Below, piece by piece: positions 11,267 to 18,733 of a stretch of DNA of 24,000 nt. The notes beneath the pieces are model-generated. The model had not been told where the DNA came from. It searched no databases and saw only the letters and a list, made by a program, of their open reading frames with translations. How positions within the stretch are numbered: position 1 is the stretch's first letter; each line of letters starts with the position of its first letter. This DNA is from Patescibacteria group bacterium UBA4664. GTDB lineage: Bacteria > Patescibacteriota > Saccharimonadia > CAILAD01 > BJGX01. The stretch spans positions 3,896 through 27,895 of the forward strand of contig CALRDO010000005.1 of the NCBI GenBank assembly GCA_943354915.1, read 5' to 3'. A program made the position numbers and the translations under genes.

Positions 11267-11656
11267 TTAAATATTACCCTTTCTAGTAAGAAAAAACACT
11301 TCAACTAATACTACAATTAGTAAAAGGAGCATTATATCCCGCCAGCTTAGTGCGCGCAAACTAGATAGGGCTAGTAAGAGAGAGCTACTAAACCCTATTA
11401 GCAAACCTGTTCGCAGGCTACCTCTAAGTATAGCCATCAAATTATCTTTATTGCTAGATTTTCTAGAACGTATTTTATAGAAAATAATTGTTATGAGCGA
11501 CGAGAGCATCAGTAGTAAATTAATAAACCAAAATGTTACGCCTGCTGGGCCGAGCCTAGAGGGATTAGTGGTAAACAAGGAAAACACAAATAGCACGGCA
11601 GACAATAGAAAAATCAGCATGATAGCCACTAGATAAGCTTTACGATACTTCTTCAT
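11267..11656 (-). CDS. Hypothetical small integral membrane protein (about 4 TM helices), first gene of the pheST unit
   Basis: Hydrophobic ORF ending 5 nt before pheS. The ORF track begins it at a TTG (11668). I prefer the ATG at 11656 (MKKYRKAYLV...). No recognisable family. Confidence 0.5.
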   Translation of the reverse strand: MKKYRKAYLVAIMLIFLLSAVLFVFSLFTTNPSRLGPAGVTFWFINLLLMLSSLITIIFYKIRSRKSSNKDNLMAILRGSLRTGLLIGFSSSLLLALSSLRALSWRDIMLLLLIVVLVEVFFLTRKGNI

Positions 11657-11703
11657 AAGATATAACAATTATCGCACAGCTGGTTTTTATAGTACAGGGT
11701 ACC

Positions 11704-11835
11704 GGGCAATACTAATAATAAATGAATAATAAAATAACTACATTGAATACATTAATTTTATAGACATACATAGGTACCCTACTGAACACTTTATTTATCA
11801 ATAAATAATGAGTACTAAATTATTATGTATTGCCC
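11704..11835. repeat. 16-nt inverted repeat (one 1-nt bulge) flanking about 99 nt of A/T-rich spacer
   Basis: GGGCAATACTAATAAT (11704-11719) pairs with ATTATTA-T-GTATTGCCC (11819-11835). A second pair crosses it: AGGGTACC (11695-11702) with GGTACCCT (11773-11780). Confidence 0.6.
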
Positions 11836-12048
11836 CACGGATTACTAGCCATCATACTGCCAATTTGAGAAGAGTATTGCTTGTGGATAACAATTTAGTT
11901 GCTATTTAGCTTAAATAAGAGCTTTGTTGTAATTATTACTATATAACTACTAATATTGGGCGCTTGTACCCCTTGCTGCGTATTTATGACTATTTATGAG
12001 TTCTATGCCCTGTTTTTGTCTTTAACGACCTTTTATCCGTGCACAAAT

Positions 12049-12071
12049 AAAAAACACCTGGGTGGCAGGTG
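12049..12071 (-). terminator. Rho-independent terminator
   Basis: Minus strand reads CACCUG-CCACC-CAGGUG (12071-12055), followed immediately by UUUUUU (12054-12049). On the plus strand only UUUU follows the stem, so the minus orientation fits better. Confidence 0.6.
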
Positions 12072-12075
12072 TTTT

Positions 12076-12500
12076 AGATCATATTTTGACTAATTAGAAA
12101 TGGTTACGGGCCGATGCAAATGCCCTTAAATGTTTAGAAACAAGATTGGCATGTATCGGCCCGGATTGGGACCCTAACTGGGAGCTAAGGTCCATTGAAA
12201 GGTTGCAGTCGCAGTTCATTTAATTTTAGGTACGACGAGTTGCGACTGACGCTTCCCAACCATCGGTACGGTACTTGACCGGAGTTCTACCTTTTAGACC
12301 TAAAAGATATAATTCCGGCCAGGTTCCTTCGAGTATAAGCTGTTTCCCCCTAGAGCATAATGACTGCAAACAGGCAGACTCTACGACAGTAAGGAAGTTC
12401 TGGTACAAAAAACAAGGGGGTTGCTTTTTGTAGCCAGAGATTCCTTACCGTCAATTGATGTATGATGATCCTTTAAGAGTACAGGTCATCCCTTACGGTG
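12076..12500 (-). ncRNA. Candidate structured non-coding RNA of unknown class (5' end uncertain, possibly about 12549)
   Basis: Six nearly contiguous hairpins at 12385-12452 (about 29 bp, CCCCC loop), 12351-12383, 12279-12318, 12206-12248, 12169-12193 (9 bp, 7-nt loop CUCCCAG) and 12107-12163. At least 4 G-U pairs in minus sense, across two of the helices, would be A-C mismatches in plus sense. The region looks more GC-rich than its A/T-rich flanks. It is bracketed by an extended -10 promoter (12556-12564) and a terminator (12049-12071). No convincing ORF. Confidence 0.45.
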
Positions 12501-12555
12501 GTTTATTGTATGGCATAATTTTTATTTTTTGTTTTTAATGAACTAGAATAGCTCT

Positions 12556-12585
12556 AGTATAGCATTATACTTATGCTTATGTCAA
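12556..12585 (-). promoter_or_regulatory. Candidate promoter for the structured RNA
   Basis: Minus strand reads TTGACA (12585-12580), an 18-nt spacer, then TATACT (12561-12556). The hexamer is preceded by TGC, giving TGCTATACT. This is the same 9-mer found upstream of rmuC. Confidence 0.35.
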
Positions 12586-12636
12586 GAGTATTGCTGCTCT
12601 ATTTAAGTGTACACCTGGAATATAGTGTTATAATTT

Positions 12637-13620
12637 TTACAACAAGCCTACTTTTATCTTTACTTCGGCAAGTTTTTTATTGGCTATTTGGCTAGCCCTG
12701 GTGTTCCCCTGCTCAATAATACTCATTAATTTCTCTTCATTTGATCGATACTTTTCAAATTCCAACTGAAGTGTGGCTAATTTTTGAGCTACAAGCTCGC
12801 CCAGTGCCTGCTTAAACTCGCCATAGCCCTTAGCGGCAAAGATTTTTTCTACTTTAGCAATGTCAACATCAGCAAAGCCAGCGTATATCTCTATCAGGTT
12901 AGCTATAGCTGGCTTATTTTTTGGATCATAAATGATTGTAGTATCTGAATCTGTCACTGCCCTCTTGAATTTCTTAACTACTGATTCGGCGTTCTCGCCG
13001 AGCGCCACATAACTGTCTGGGCGATCGCTTTTACTCATCTTATAGCGGGGATCATCTAGCCTTTTTACCCTTGCGCCATGGCTAGGTACTACGGCTTTAG
13101 GCAAAATAAATGTTTCTCCATAGATATTATTAAAGCGAGTAGCAATATTCCTGGCTAACTCAACATGTTGAGCCTGGTCGTCGCCAACCGGGACTTCATT
13201 AGTGTCATAAAGTAATATATCAGCTGCCATCAGCACAGGATAGTTAAAAAACCCAACCAATTGGCCCTCCGAAGAAGTTTTTTTAGTCTTATCCTTGAAT
13301 TGCGTCATTCGATGGAGCTCTCCCATCGTCACAAAGTTATCAAGTATCCAAAACAGCTCAGCGTGGGCGGGTACCATGGATTGCACCAATATAATTGATT
13401 TATCTGGGTCAACCCCTACCGCTAAGAGCCAAGCTACCAGGTCTAAAGTCCTTTTTTTAAGCTCAGCCGGGTCCTGTCTAGCTGTTAGGGCATGCGTATT
13501 AGGCACAAAGAAGATGCTTCTATTATCCCCCTGATTGAGCGGCCAATGCTTCATTGCCCCTAAATAGTTGCCAATGGTCATCTCCCCAGTTGGTTTTAAG
13601 CCTGATAATACAGTTTTCAT
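12637..13620 (-). CDS. trpS: Tryptophan--tRNA ligase
   Basis: MKTVLSGLKPTGEMTIGNYLGAMKHW matches the TrpRS N-terminus and its TIGN variant of the HIGH motif. KMSKS is present (YKMSKSD). The ORF track extends to a GTG at 13635. The ATG at 13620 aligns with known TrpRS N-termini and sits 6 nt downstream of a TATAAT (13632-13627). Confidence 0.93.
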   Translation of the reverse strand: MKTVLSGLKPTGEMTIGNYLGAMKHWPLNQGDNRSIFFVPNTHALTARQDPAELKKRTLDLVAWLLAVGVDPDKSIILVQSMVPAHAELFWILDNFVTMGELHRMTQFKDKTKKTSSEGQLVGFFNYPVLMAADILLYDTNEVPVGDDQAQHVELARNIATRFNNIYGETFILPKAVVPSHGARVKRLDDPRYKMSKSDRPDSYVALGENAESVVKKFKRAVTDSDTTIIYDPKNKPAIANLIEIYAGFADVDIAKVEKIFAAKGYGEFKQALGELVAQKLATLQLEFEKYRSNEEKLMSIIEQGNTRASQIANKKLAEVKIKVGLL

Positions 13621-13646
13621 AGTTTTATTATACACCGAACAGCTTA

Positions 13647-14717
13647 CTAATCATCGCTATTGGGCCTATCAATGAAAGCTGGCTCTACGGCGTCCTGAGT
13701 GCCTGCGATATTAACGACATCTTTATCGACTTTTTTGAGTTCCTTATGAGCATTATTGTAATGATTAACAGTGGTCGAAAGCGAGCCACCAAGCTTATGC
13801 ATAAATCCTTCATAGCTCTTAATATGACGTCCGAGCATGCCAACTCTCTTTTGAATTTCTTTAGCTTGGTCCTCTATCTGGAGACTCCTTAATCCTTGCA
13901 GTACTGTCTGCAAATAAGCCATGAAGGTCGTGGGACTAACGATAATTACCTTTTTGTCTTGAAAGGCATACTCAATGAGGTCCCTTGAGGCGGTATCGGC
14001 GGTACCAATCTTATTCGTCAAGAGATCATTATAAATTGCCTCCGATGGGATAAACATAAAAGCAAAATCCATAGTGTTCTCGCTGGGTCTAATATACTTG
14101 CTGGTTTCATCAATACGGGCCTTGAGATCTTGCTTAAACTTCTTAATAAGGACTTCTTTTTGAGCCTTATCCTTCGCTTCTACCAAACGATTGTAGTTTT
14201 CTAAGCTAAATTTTGAATCTATTGGCAAGATTTTGTCTTTTTCTAGCAAGATTACCGCATCTACCATATCGCCATTCTTAAATTTATACTGTAATTTATA
14301 GCAACTAGATGGCAAAACATTGTCCAGTACGGTTTGCAGGTAATATTCTCCTAATACGCCTCTCTGTTTAGGGTTCTGCAAAACATTTTGGAGAGTTTTT
14401 AACTCATCTGCGACATCAACAACTCTTTTATTGGTCTCGTCTAGCTTCGTGAGCCGTTCGGTGACATCAATAATAAGCTTAGATGATTCGCTCATCTGTT
14501 TTTGAACGCTGGCCTGCATAGCAGAGTTGTTTTTATCTATCCTATCGTTCAGGTGAGACTGCGATTGGTTAATAAGCTGTTGAATACCCTGAAGGTCTTG
14601 CTTTAACATGCCAAGCAAATCAGAGCTGGTATCGGGCTTTTTGTTTATTAACAGGTATATAACTATCAATAAGGCAAGTAGAACGAAGCTGGATATAACT
14701 ATCAATACCGTATTCAT
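13647..14717 (-). CDS. rmuC: DNA recombination protein RmuC
   Basis: N-terminal TM helix and a long coiled-coil. RmuC family motifs are present (NPKQRGVLGEYYLQTVL, DAVILLEKDKILPIDSKF, FAFMFIPSEAIY, VIIVSPTTFMAYLQTV). I place the start at the second ATG (14717) because the AAGGAG at 14732-14727 abuts the first ATG (14726) but lies 9 nt from the second. Confidence 0.85.
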   Translation of the reverse strand: MNTVLIVISSFVLLALLIVIYLLINKKPDTSSDLLGMLKQDLQGIQQLINQSQSHLNDRIDKNNSAMQASVQKQMSESSKLIIDVTERLTKLDETNKRVVDVADELKTLQNVLQNPKQRGVLGEYYLQTVLDNVLPSSCYKLQYKFKNGDMVDAVILLEKDKILPIDSKFSLENYNRLVEAKDKAQKEVLIKKFKQDLKARIDETSKYIRPSENTMDFAFMFIPSEAIYNDLLTNKIGTADTASRDLIEYAFQDKKVIIVSPTTFMAYLQTVLQGLRSLQIEDQAKEIQKRVGMLGRHIKSYEGFMHKLGGSLSTTVNHYNNAHKELKKVDKDVVNIAGTQDAVEPAFIDRPNSDD

Positions 14718-14738
14718 TAAGCACATCTCCTTTTAATT

Positions 14739-14747
14739 AGTATAGCA
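14739..14747 (-). promoter_or_regulatory. Extended -10 element TGCTATACT upstream of rmuC-trpS
   Basis: Plus strand agtatagca at 14739-14747 is TGCTATACT on the minus strand. It predicts a short leader that contains the AAGGAG Shine-Dalgarno sequence. Confidence 0.35.
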
Positions 14748-14945
14748 CCCTTAATTTATTAATAAAAACGGCTGCTCGTAATAACTCCCGGGCACCAATG
14801 GTAACTACTATCTATTACCCACTTTGAACAATATATTACTTCATTAGATAGATTTATATTTTATACCTATCCTAAGCTACTTTATAGCTTAAAAACAGCC
14901 ATTAAATACATATACTCAATGCTTTAGCACTAGTAATATGTGCTA

Positions 14946-15296
14946 TTATTCAACCCCTAAAGACCTTAGGTATGTGATAGCTGCAGCTATCAAAAAACCT
15001 AAAAAAGCCAACATTAGGCCCGTTTGAATATAAAAGAATAATAAAAAACCTATGCCGCCTGGAGTCGTAGGGCCCGCAAATATAACTTCATTGCTTAAAT
15101 ACCTCAATATTTGCATCAAAACAACACATCCCAGCCCATATAAAACAAAGCGACGGGTTTTTGTACGGTTTAGCTTGCGAGCTGTAACCATTAGCTTAGC
15201 CTTAGAGGGTCTGTTTGCCAATTTGTTGCTACCAGCAGTCAATTTGAGGTGATTGTTGCGTCTATTAACATTCCTGCTAGTCCCGATAGTGCTCAT
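14946..15296 (-). CDS. Hypothetical small membrane protein (Arg/Lys-rich N-terminal tail plus 2-3 TM helices)
   Basis: 116-aa ORF with a strongly basic first ~50 residues followed by hydrophobic segments (FVLYGLGCVVLMQIL, GFLLFFYIQTGLMLAFLGFLIAAAITYL). TAATAT (15309-15304) lies 7 nt upstream of the ATG. No family recognised. Confidence 0.45.
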   Translation of the reverse strand: MSTIGTSRNVNRRNNHLKLTAGSNKLANRPSKAKLMVTARKLNRTKTRRFVLYGLGCVVLMQILRYLSNEVIFAGPTTPGGIGFLLFFYIQTGLMLAFLGFLIAAAITYLRSLGVE

Positions 15297-15322
15297 GGTT
15301 AATATATTACTCTTTTTGTACG

Positions 15323-15814
15323 TTATAATCTAGGCATCCACCATGGCAATATAACCTTAACGCTCCTAGTACTGCTACGATGCGTGGTAGGAGCAAAATA
15401 CTTATCAAGTATTCTCGGCCAATTCTCCTTAAGCCAGGTTTGCTGCTCTAGGTACATATATTCTAAACCGCGCTCAGCAAATTCCTGCTTTATAACGCCT
15501 CCCCTATGGGGGTGTTGCTGTTTTTGCTGCAAGGGAGAATTAAATCCATGAGCATAGTGAGTCATCTCGTGCACTATCGTGGCTACAACTACAAATTGAG
15601 GCACTTCCATATCCTGAAAGATAGGATTTATCCTAATAATTGAGATGCTTGGATCATTACTATCAAGGCCGATAGAGCCCAGCCTTCTTTTAGCTTTTTT
15701 GCCAAAAATAATCTTAATTTGATTAGACCGGGCAATATCGCTAAAATGAGCCCCCCAAACATAGCTTAAAAGACTCTCTAGCCAGTTTTGGTTGCGATAA
15801 GAATCTATTTTCAT
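15323..15814 (-). CDS. DUF45/YgjP- or SprT-like zinc metallopeptidase-fold protein (HExxH)
   Basis: 163-aa ORF. The layout KKAKRRLGSIGLDS...ISIIRINPIF...VPQFVVVATIVHEMTHYAHG matches DUF45/SprT-type zincins: an RLGS segment, a short beta segment, then HExxH. Its ATG overlaps the upstream helicase stop codon in an ATGA (15811-15814). Confidence 0.6.
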   Translation of the reverse strand: MKIDSYRNQNWLESLLSYVWGAHFSDIARSNQIKIIFGKKAKRRLGSIGLDSNDPSISIIRINPIFQDMEVPQFVVVATIVHEMTHYAHGFNSPLQQKQQHPHRGGVIKQEFAERGLEYMYLEQQTWLKENWPRILDKYFAPTTHRSSTRSVKVILPWWMPRL

Positions 15815-18657
15815 GTTAGTAATTTATTAAAATCAAGCTTACTATTCCCCTTATCACTAAATTTCATTGCTTTTATCCCCTCTACCGCCTGGGTAATTAG
15901 CTCTAGGGTTTTCTGATGATTAATTTTAGTATTTTTACCGACTATTAGGTCTTCAATATACTCTAAACTAGTTGCTGATACTGGACTTTGTTGTAATTTT
16001 TCCCACGAAAGAGCATAAATACCTAGCTGAATACTAACTTTAGCGGCCGTATCGGCTACTTTTTGATCTTTGACTCTCGATGTTTTAAAATCTCTTATCT
16101 CTACTCCATCCTTAGAGCTTAAGACAATATCATACCTACCTGATATAACAGTCTTCAGGGCCGGCAGCTGAAGCTCAAAGGGTTGTTCGATTGCAACTGG
16201 CTTTAATCTGTCGCCATGGTAGCTCTTGATGTATTTGTTGAGCGCCTTGACCCCAGTATTAAATAAGGCCTGTTCATGCTCTATCGAAACAAAACCTTCG
16301 CTACGCCAGGCACTCTTATAGACCTCTAGGACTTCTCGCTGTGAAATCGATCTACCCTTCAGCTTAAATTTATAAAAATGCTCTAAGGCGGCATGTATGC
16401 TTGAGCCATAAATAAGTGCGTGAAAAGGACCTTTTGGTAATTGTAGGATATGAAAAAGCCAAAACTCCTTTGGAGAACGCAAATAATCGGCTACCTGGCT
16501 ACTTGTTAGATACAGCCAATCGCCCCTGTAGAGCCTAGCTAGCAAACTATCTTGATTGGCAGTTTTAATGACTGGCTCAAAAGAACTAATTAGCTCGGCC
16601 ATACTACGCTGATCTTCTACTCTGGTTGTTTTAGCCGACCAATCGCTACCTAAGGCTTCACCGATAAACCTCGACGGCTTTCTTGGTCTCTTGCCGCCCC
16701 AATCAACTGCATAGCTCAAAAATACACCCATTCGCGCTCTAGTTAGGGCAACATAAAAGAGTCTACGCTCCTCTTGATAGTGATCTCCCTCCCCGAGTAC
16801 TAAAACTTCTTTTGGAAACTTAATGTCCTCGCGCCTTCTATAAGTTGGGAAGCTTTGCTCTACAAGCTCTGGGATAAAAACATAATCAAATTCTAGCCCT
16901 TTTGCCTTATGGACTGTCATAATCTGCACACCAGACGTATCAAGAGGAGATATATCACTCATAACATCGGCCGATGAAAACTTAATTTCATCTAAATACT
17001 TACAAAATTCTACCAGACTAGTATCGGTAGAAGCTAACTCAAATTGTTTTACAAGTTTAAAAAAATCAGTCATATACTGAACTGACAGGGCTGACTGGAT
17101 CGAATCGCCGGCTTCATCAAGCAGGTTCTTTAAGAACCCATTAGCCTTGATAGCAACAAATAGTAACTCTCCGGCCGTATAGTCCGAGAGCATCTCTCGA
17201 TATAAACTAATATCAGCTATAGCCTGCTCAATCCAGGGCTGATCAGATTCTTCATTTAAGGCATCAAAAAAGTTTTTATTTTGCTTGTGGGCCAGCGAGG
17301 ATATTATTGTTATTTGGTGTTTATCGTGATCTTTAAAAAACCCACTAATGAGTAGCTGAAAAAGCGCCGAGGAATCTAGCGGATCGGTGATTGACTTGGC
17401 AAGTACGACCAACATTTTTACACTTTTTTGGTCAAATAGCTCCACATCTTGATGGACATAGTATGCTATCTTTTTTTTCTGTAACGCCAAAATATAAGGT
17501 TTAATTTGACTATTCTTGCGTAGTAAAATTGCAATATCATTGTGCTCTACATGCCCACCCCCCAGGCGATCTATCGCTTCTACCACGCCGTCAACCTCAC
17601 TCAGCTTATGTTGATAATGTTCAACGCCCACGGTTGCCTTTGGACAATTATTGGCAATTAATTGTTTATTAATATTCTGAGCGATTTCGAGTCTATCTGG
17701 ATTATTATGTTGAATCAAACCATATCCAGCATCCAATATTAACTGGCCACTCCTAAAATTATCCTTTAGTACAACCAGCTTACTTTTGGGGAATTTGCTT
17801 TTAAAATTTAAGATATTTTGAACGGATGCACCTCTAAAGCGATAAATTGCCTGGTCATCATCACCCACCACCATAATATTCTCAAGTTCAGTGAGTAGCT
17901 CGCTTATAATCCCCATTTGGATAGCATTAGTGTCCTGGAATTCATCAACTAAAACATACTTATAGCGCTCATTTAGCTCTTTTTTGACTGCAGGCCGAGT
18001 TTTTAACAAATGTTGTAATTTTATCAATAAATCACCAAAGTCTAAGCTGTTTTTGCGTGCACAAAGCTCAGCATAAAGTTTGTATATTTTAGCTAAATCT
18101 AGCATTGGGGCGTTTTTTTGGCCGCTACTAGTATCTGCTAACTTGCGGGTCAGCTTACCAAACTCTAGACTATCAATTCCTTCATCTTTAAGTCTTGATA
18201 TAGCCTGCTTAATAGAGCCTATAAAGGCAAATGGGTCGTACTGTGGGCTATAATACTTAAATTCAATAGTTGACATTACCTCTTGCAAGATAATTGTCTG
18301 CTGAATATCATTTAATATCCGAAACTCTGGGCTGATACCAGCATCTAGCGCAAACTCTTGCAGTATCCTCTCGGCTAGGGCATGGAATGTCATTATTTGA
18401 GTATCAACATACCCATATGGTAGTAGCTCATCGACCCTCTGTTGCATTTCGGTTGCCGCCTTCTCGGTAAATGTTAGTGCTAGAACTTCCTCAGCCTTAG
18501 CTTTATTGGTTAAAATCAATCTAGCTATCCGATTAGTTATTACTGCTGTTTTGCCGGTACCTGCCCCTGCCACAACTAAAATGGCGCCATCATTATGGTC
18601 AATTGCCTCTAGCTGAGATGAGGTAAATTTGATTTTACTAGCTTTAGTGTTTGGCAT
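15811..18657 (-). CDS. UvrD/PcrA-family SF1 helicase fused to a C-terminal RecB-type PD-(D/E)XK nuclease domain
   Basis: 948-aa ORF. Helicase motifs are present (VVAGAGTGKT, LTFTEKAATEM, VLVDEFQDTN, VVGDDDQAIYRFRGA, NFRSG, MTVHKAKGLEFDYVFI, LFYVALTRAR). C-terminal nuclease motifs lie at about 15814-16500 (GSSIHAALEHF, GRYDIV, EIRDFKTS, QLGIYAL). No Cys cluster, so it is not a Cas4-type Fe-S nuclease. Confidence 0.85.
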   Translation of the reverse strand: MPNTKASKIKFTSSQLEAIDHNDGAILVVAGAGTGKTAVITNRIARLILTNKAKAEEVLALTFTEKAATEMQQRVDELLPYGYVDTQIMTFHALAERILQEFALDAGISPEFRILNDIQQTIILQEVMSTIEFKYYSPQYDPFAFIGSIKQAISRLKDEGIDSLEFGKLTRKLADTSSGQKNAPMLDLAKIYKLYAELCARKNSLDFGDLLIKLQHLLKTRPAVKKELNERYKYVLVDEFQDTNAIQMGIISELLTELENIMVVGDDDQAIYRFRGASVQNILNFKSKFPKSKLVVLKDNFRSGQLILDAGYGLIQHNNPDRLEIAQNINKQLIANNCPKATVGVEHYQHKLSEVDGVVEAIDRLGGGHVEHNDIAILLRKNSQIKPYILALQKKKIAYYVHQDVELFDQKSVKMLVVLAKSITDPLDSSALFQLLISGFFKDHDKHQITIISSLAHKQNKNFFDALNEESDQPWIEQAIADISLYREMLSDYTAGELLFVAIKANGFLKNLLDEAGDSIQSALSVQYMTDFFKLVKQFELASTDTSLVEFCKYLDEIKFSSADVMSDISPLDTSGVQIMTVHKAKGLEFDYVFIPELVEQSFPTYRRREDIKFPKEVLVLGEGDHYQEERRLFYVALTRARMGVFLSYAVDWGGKRPRKPSRFIGEALGSDWSAKTTRVEDQRSMAELISSFEPVIKTANQDSLLARLYRGDWLYLTSSQVADYLRSPKEFWLFHILQLPKGPFHALIYGSSIHAALEHFYKFKLKGRSISQREVLEVYKSAWRSEGFVSIEHEQALFNTGVKALNKYIKSYHGDRLKPVAIEQPFELQLPALKTVISGRYDIVLSSKDGVEIRDFKTSRVKDQKVADTAAKVSIQLGIYALSWEKLQQSPVSATSLEYIEDLIVGKNTKINHQKTLELITQAVEGIKAMKFSDKGNSKLDFNKLLT

Positions 18658-18703
18658 AATTTCACTCTTTATAATACTTACATCATACCTTAATACATTC
18701 AGA

Positions 18704-18712
18704 TGGTATAAT
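18704..18712 (+). promoter_or_regulatory. Extended -10 element TGGTATAAT for the 656-aa gene
   Basis: TGGTATAAT at 18704-18712 lies 21 nt upstream of the ATG at 18734. AAGG motifs sit in between. It lies in the 76-nt divergent region shared with the helicase gene. Confidence 0.35.
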
Positions 18713-18733
18713 AATACTTAAAGGTTAAGGTAT

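Noticed and set aside
11882-11890. Perfect DnaA box (TGTGGATAA, the complement of TTATCCACA) in the A/T-rich spacer, raising the possibility of an oriC.
   Set aside because: There is only one perfect box, and a specific 9-mer is expected about 0.2 times by chance in 48 kb of two-strand sequence. The other nearby TTAT-containing candidates have 2 or more mismatches, and no dnaA or dnaN gene is nearby. The evidence is insufficient for an origin call.
12226-12408. 60-aa minus-strand ORF from the track (MYQNFLTVVES...VATRRT).
   Set aside because: It lies entirely within stacked RNA hairpins, has no Shine-Dalgarno sequence or promoter-proximal start, and has no recognisable motif. It is most likely a chance ORF within the RNA candidate.
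12076-12500. Tried to call the structured RNA as tmRNA (smpB is nearby), RNase P RNA, SRP RNA or a T-box leader.
   Set aside because: Neither strand has the tmRNA T-loop GGUUCGA or a tRNA-like acceptor/CCA end, and no plausible tag ORF ends in hydrophobic residues. There is no GAGGAAAGUCC (RNase P CR-I), no GGAAGCAGC (SRP) and no GGGUGGNACCGCG T-box motif. The element also has its own terminator about 390 nt before the next gene. It is left as unknown class.
13621-13635. GTG start for trpS (MYNKT...).
   Set aside because: TrpRS N-termini align to MKTVLSGLKPTGE starting at the ATG at 13620. The extra codons themselves spell a TATAAT -10 element.
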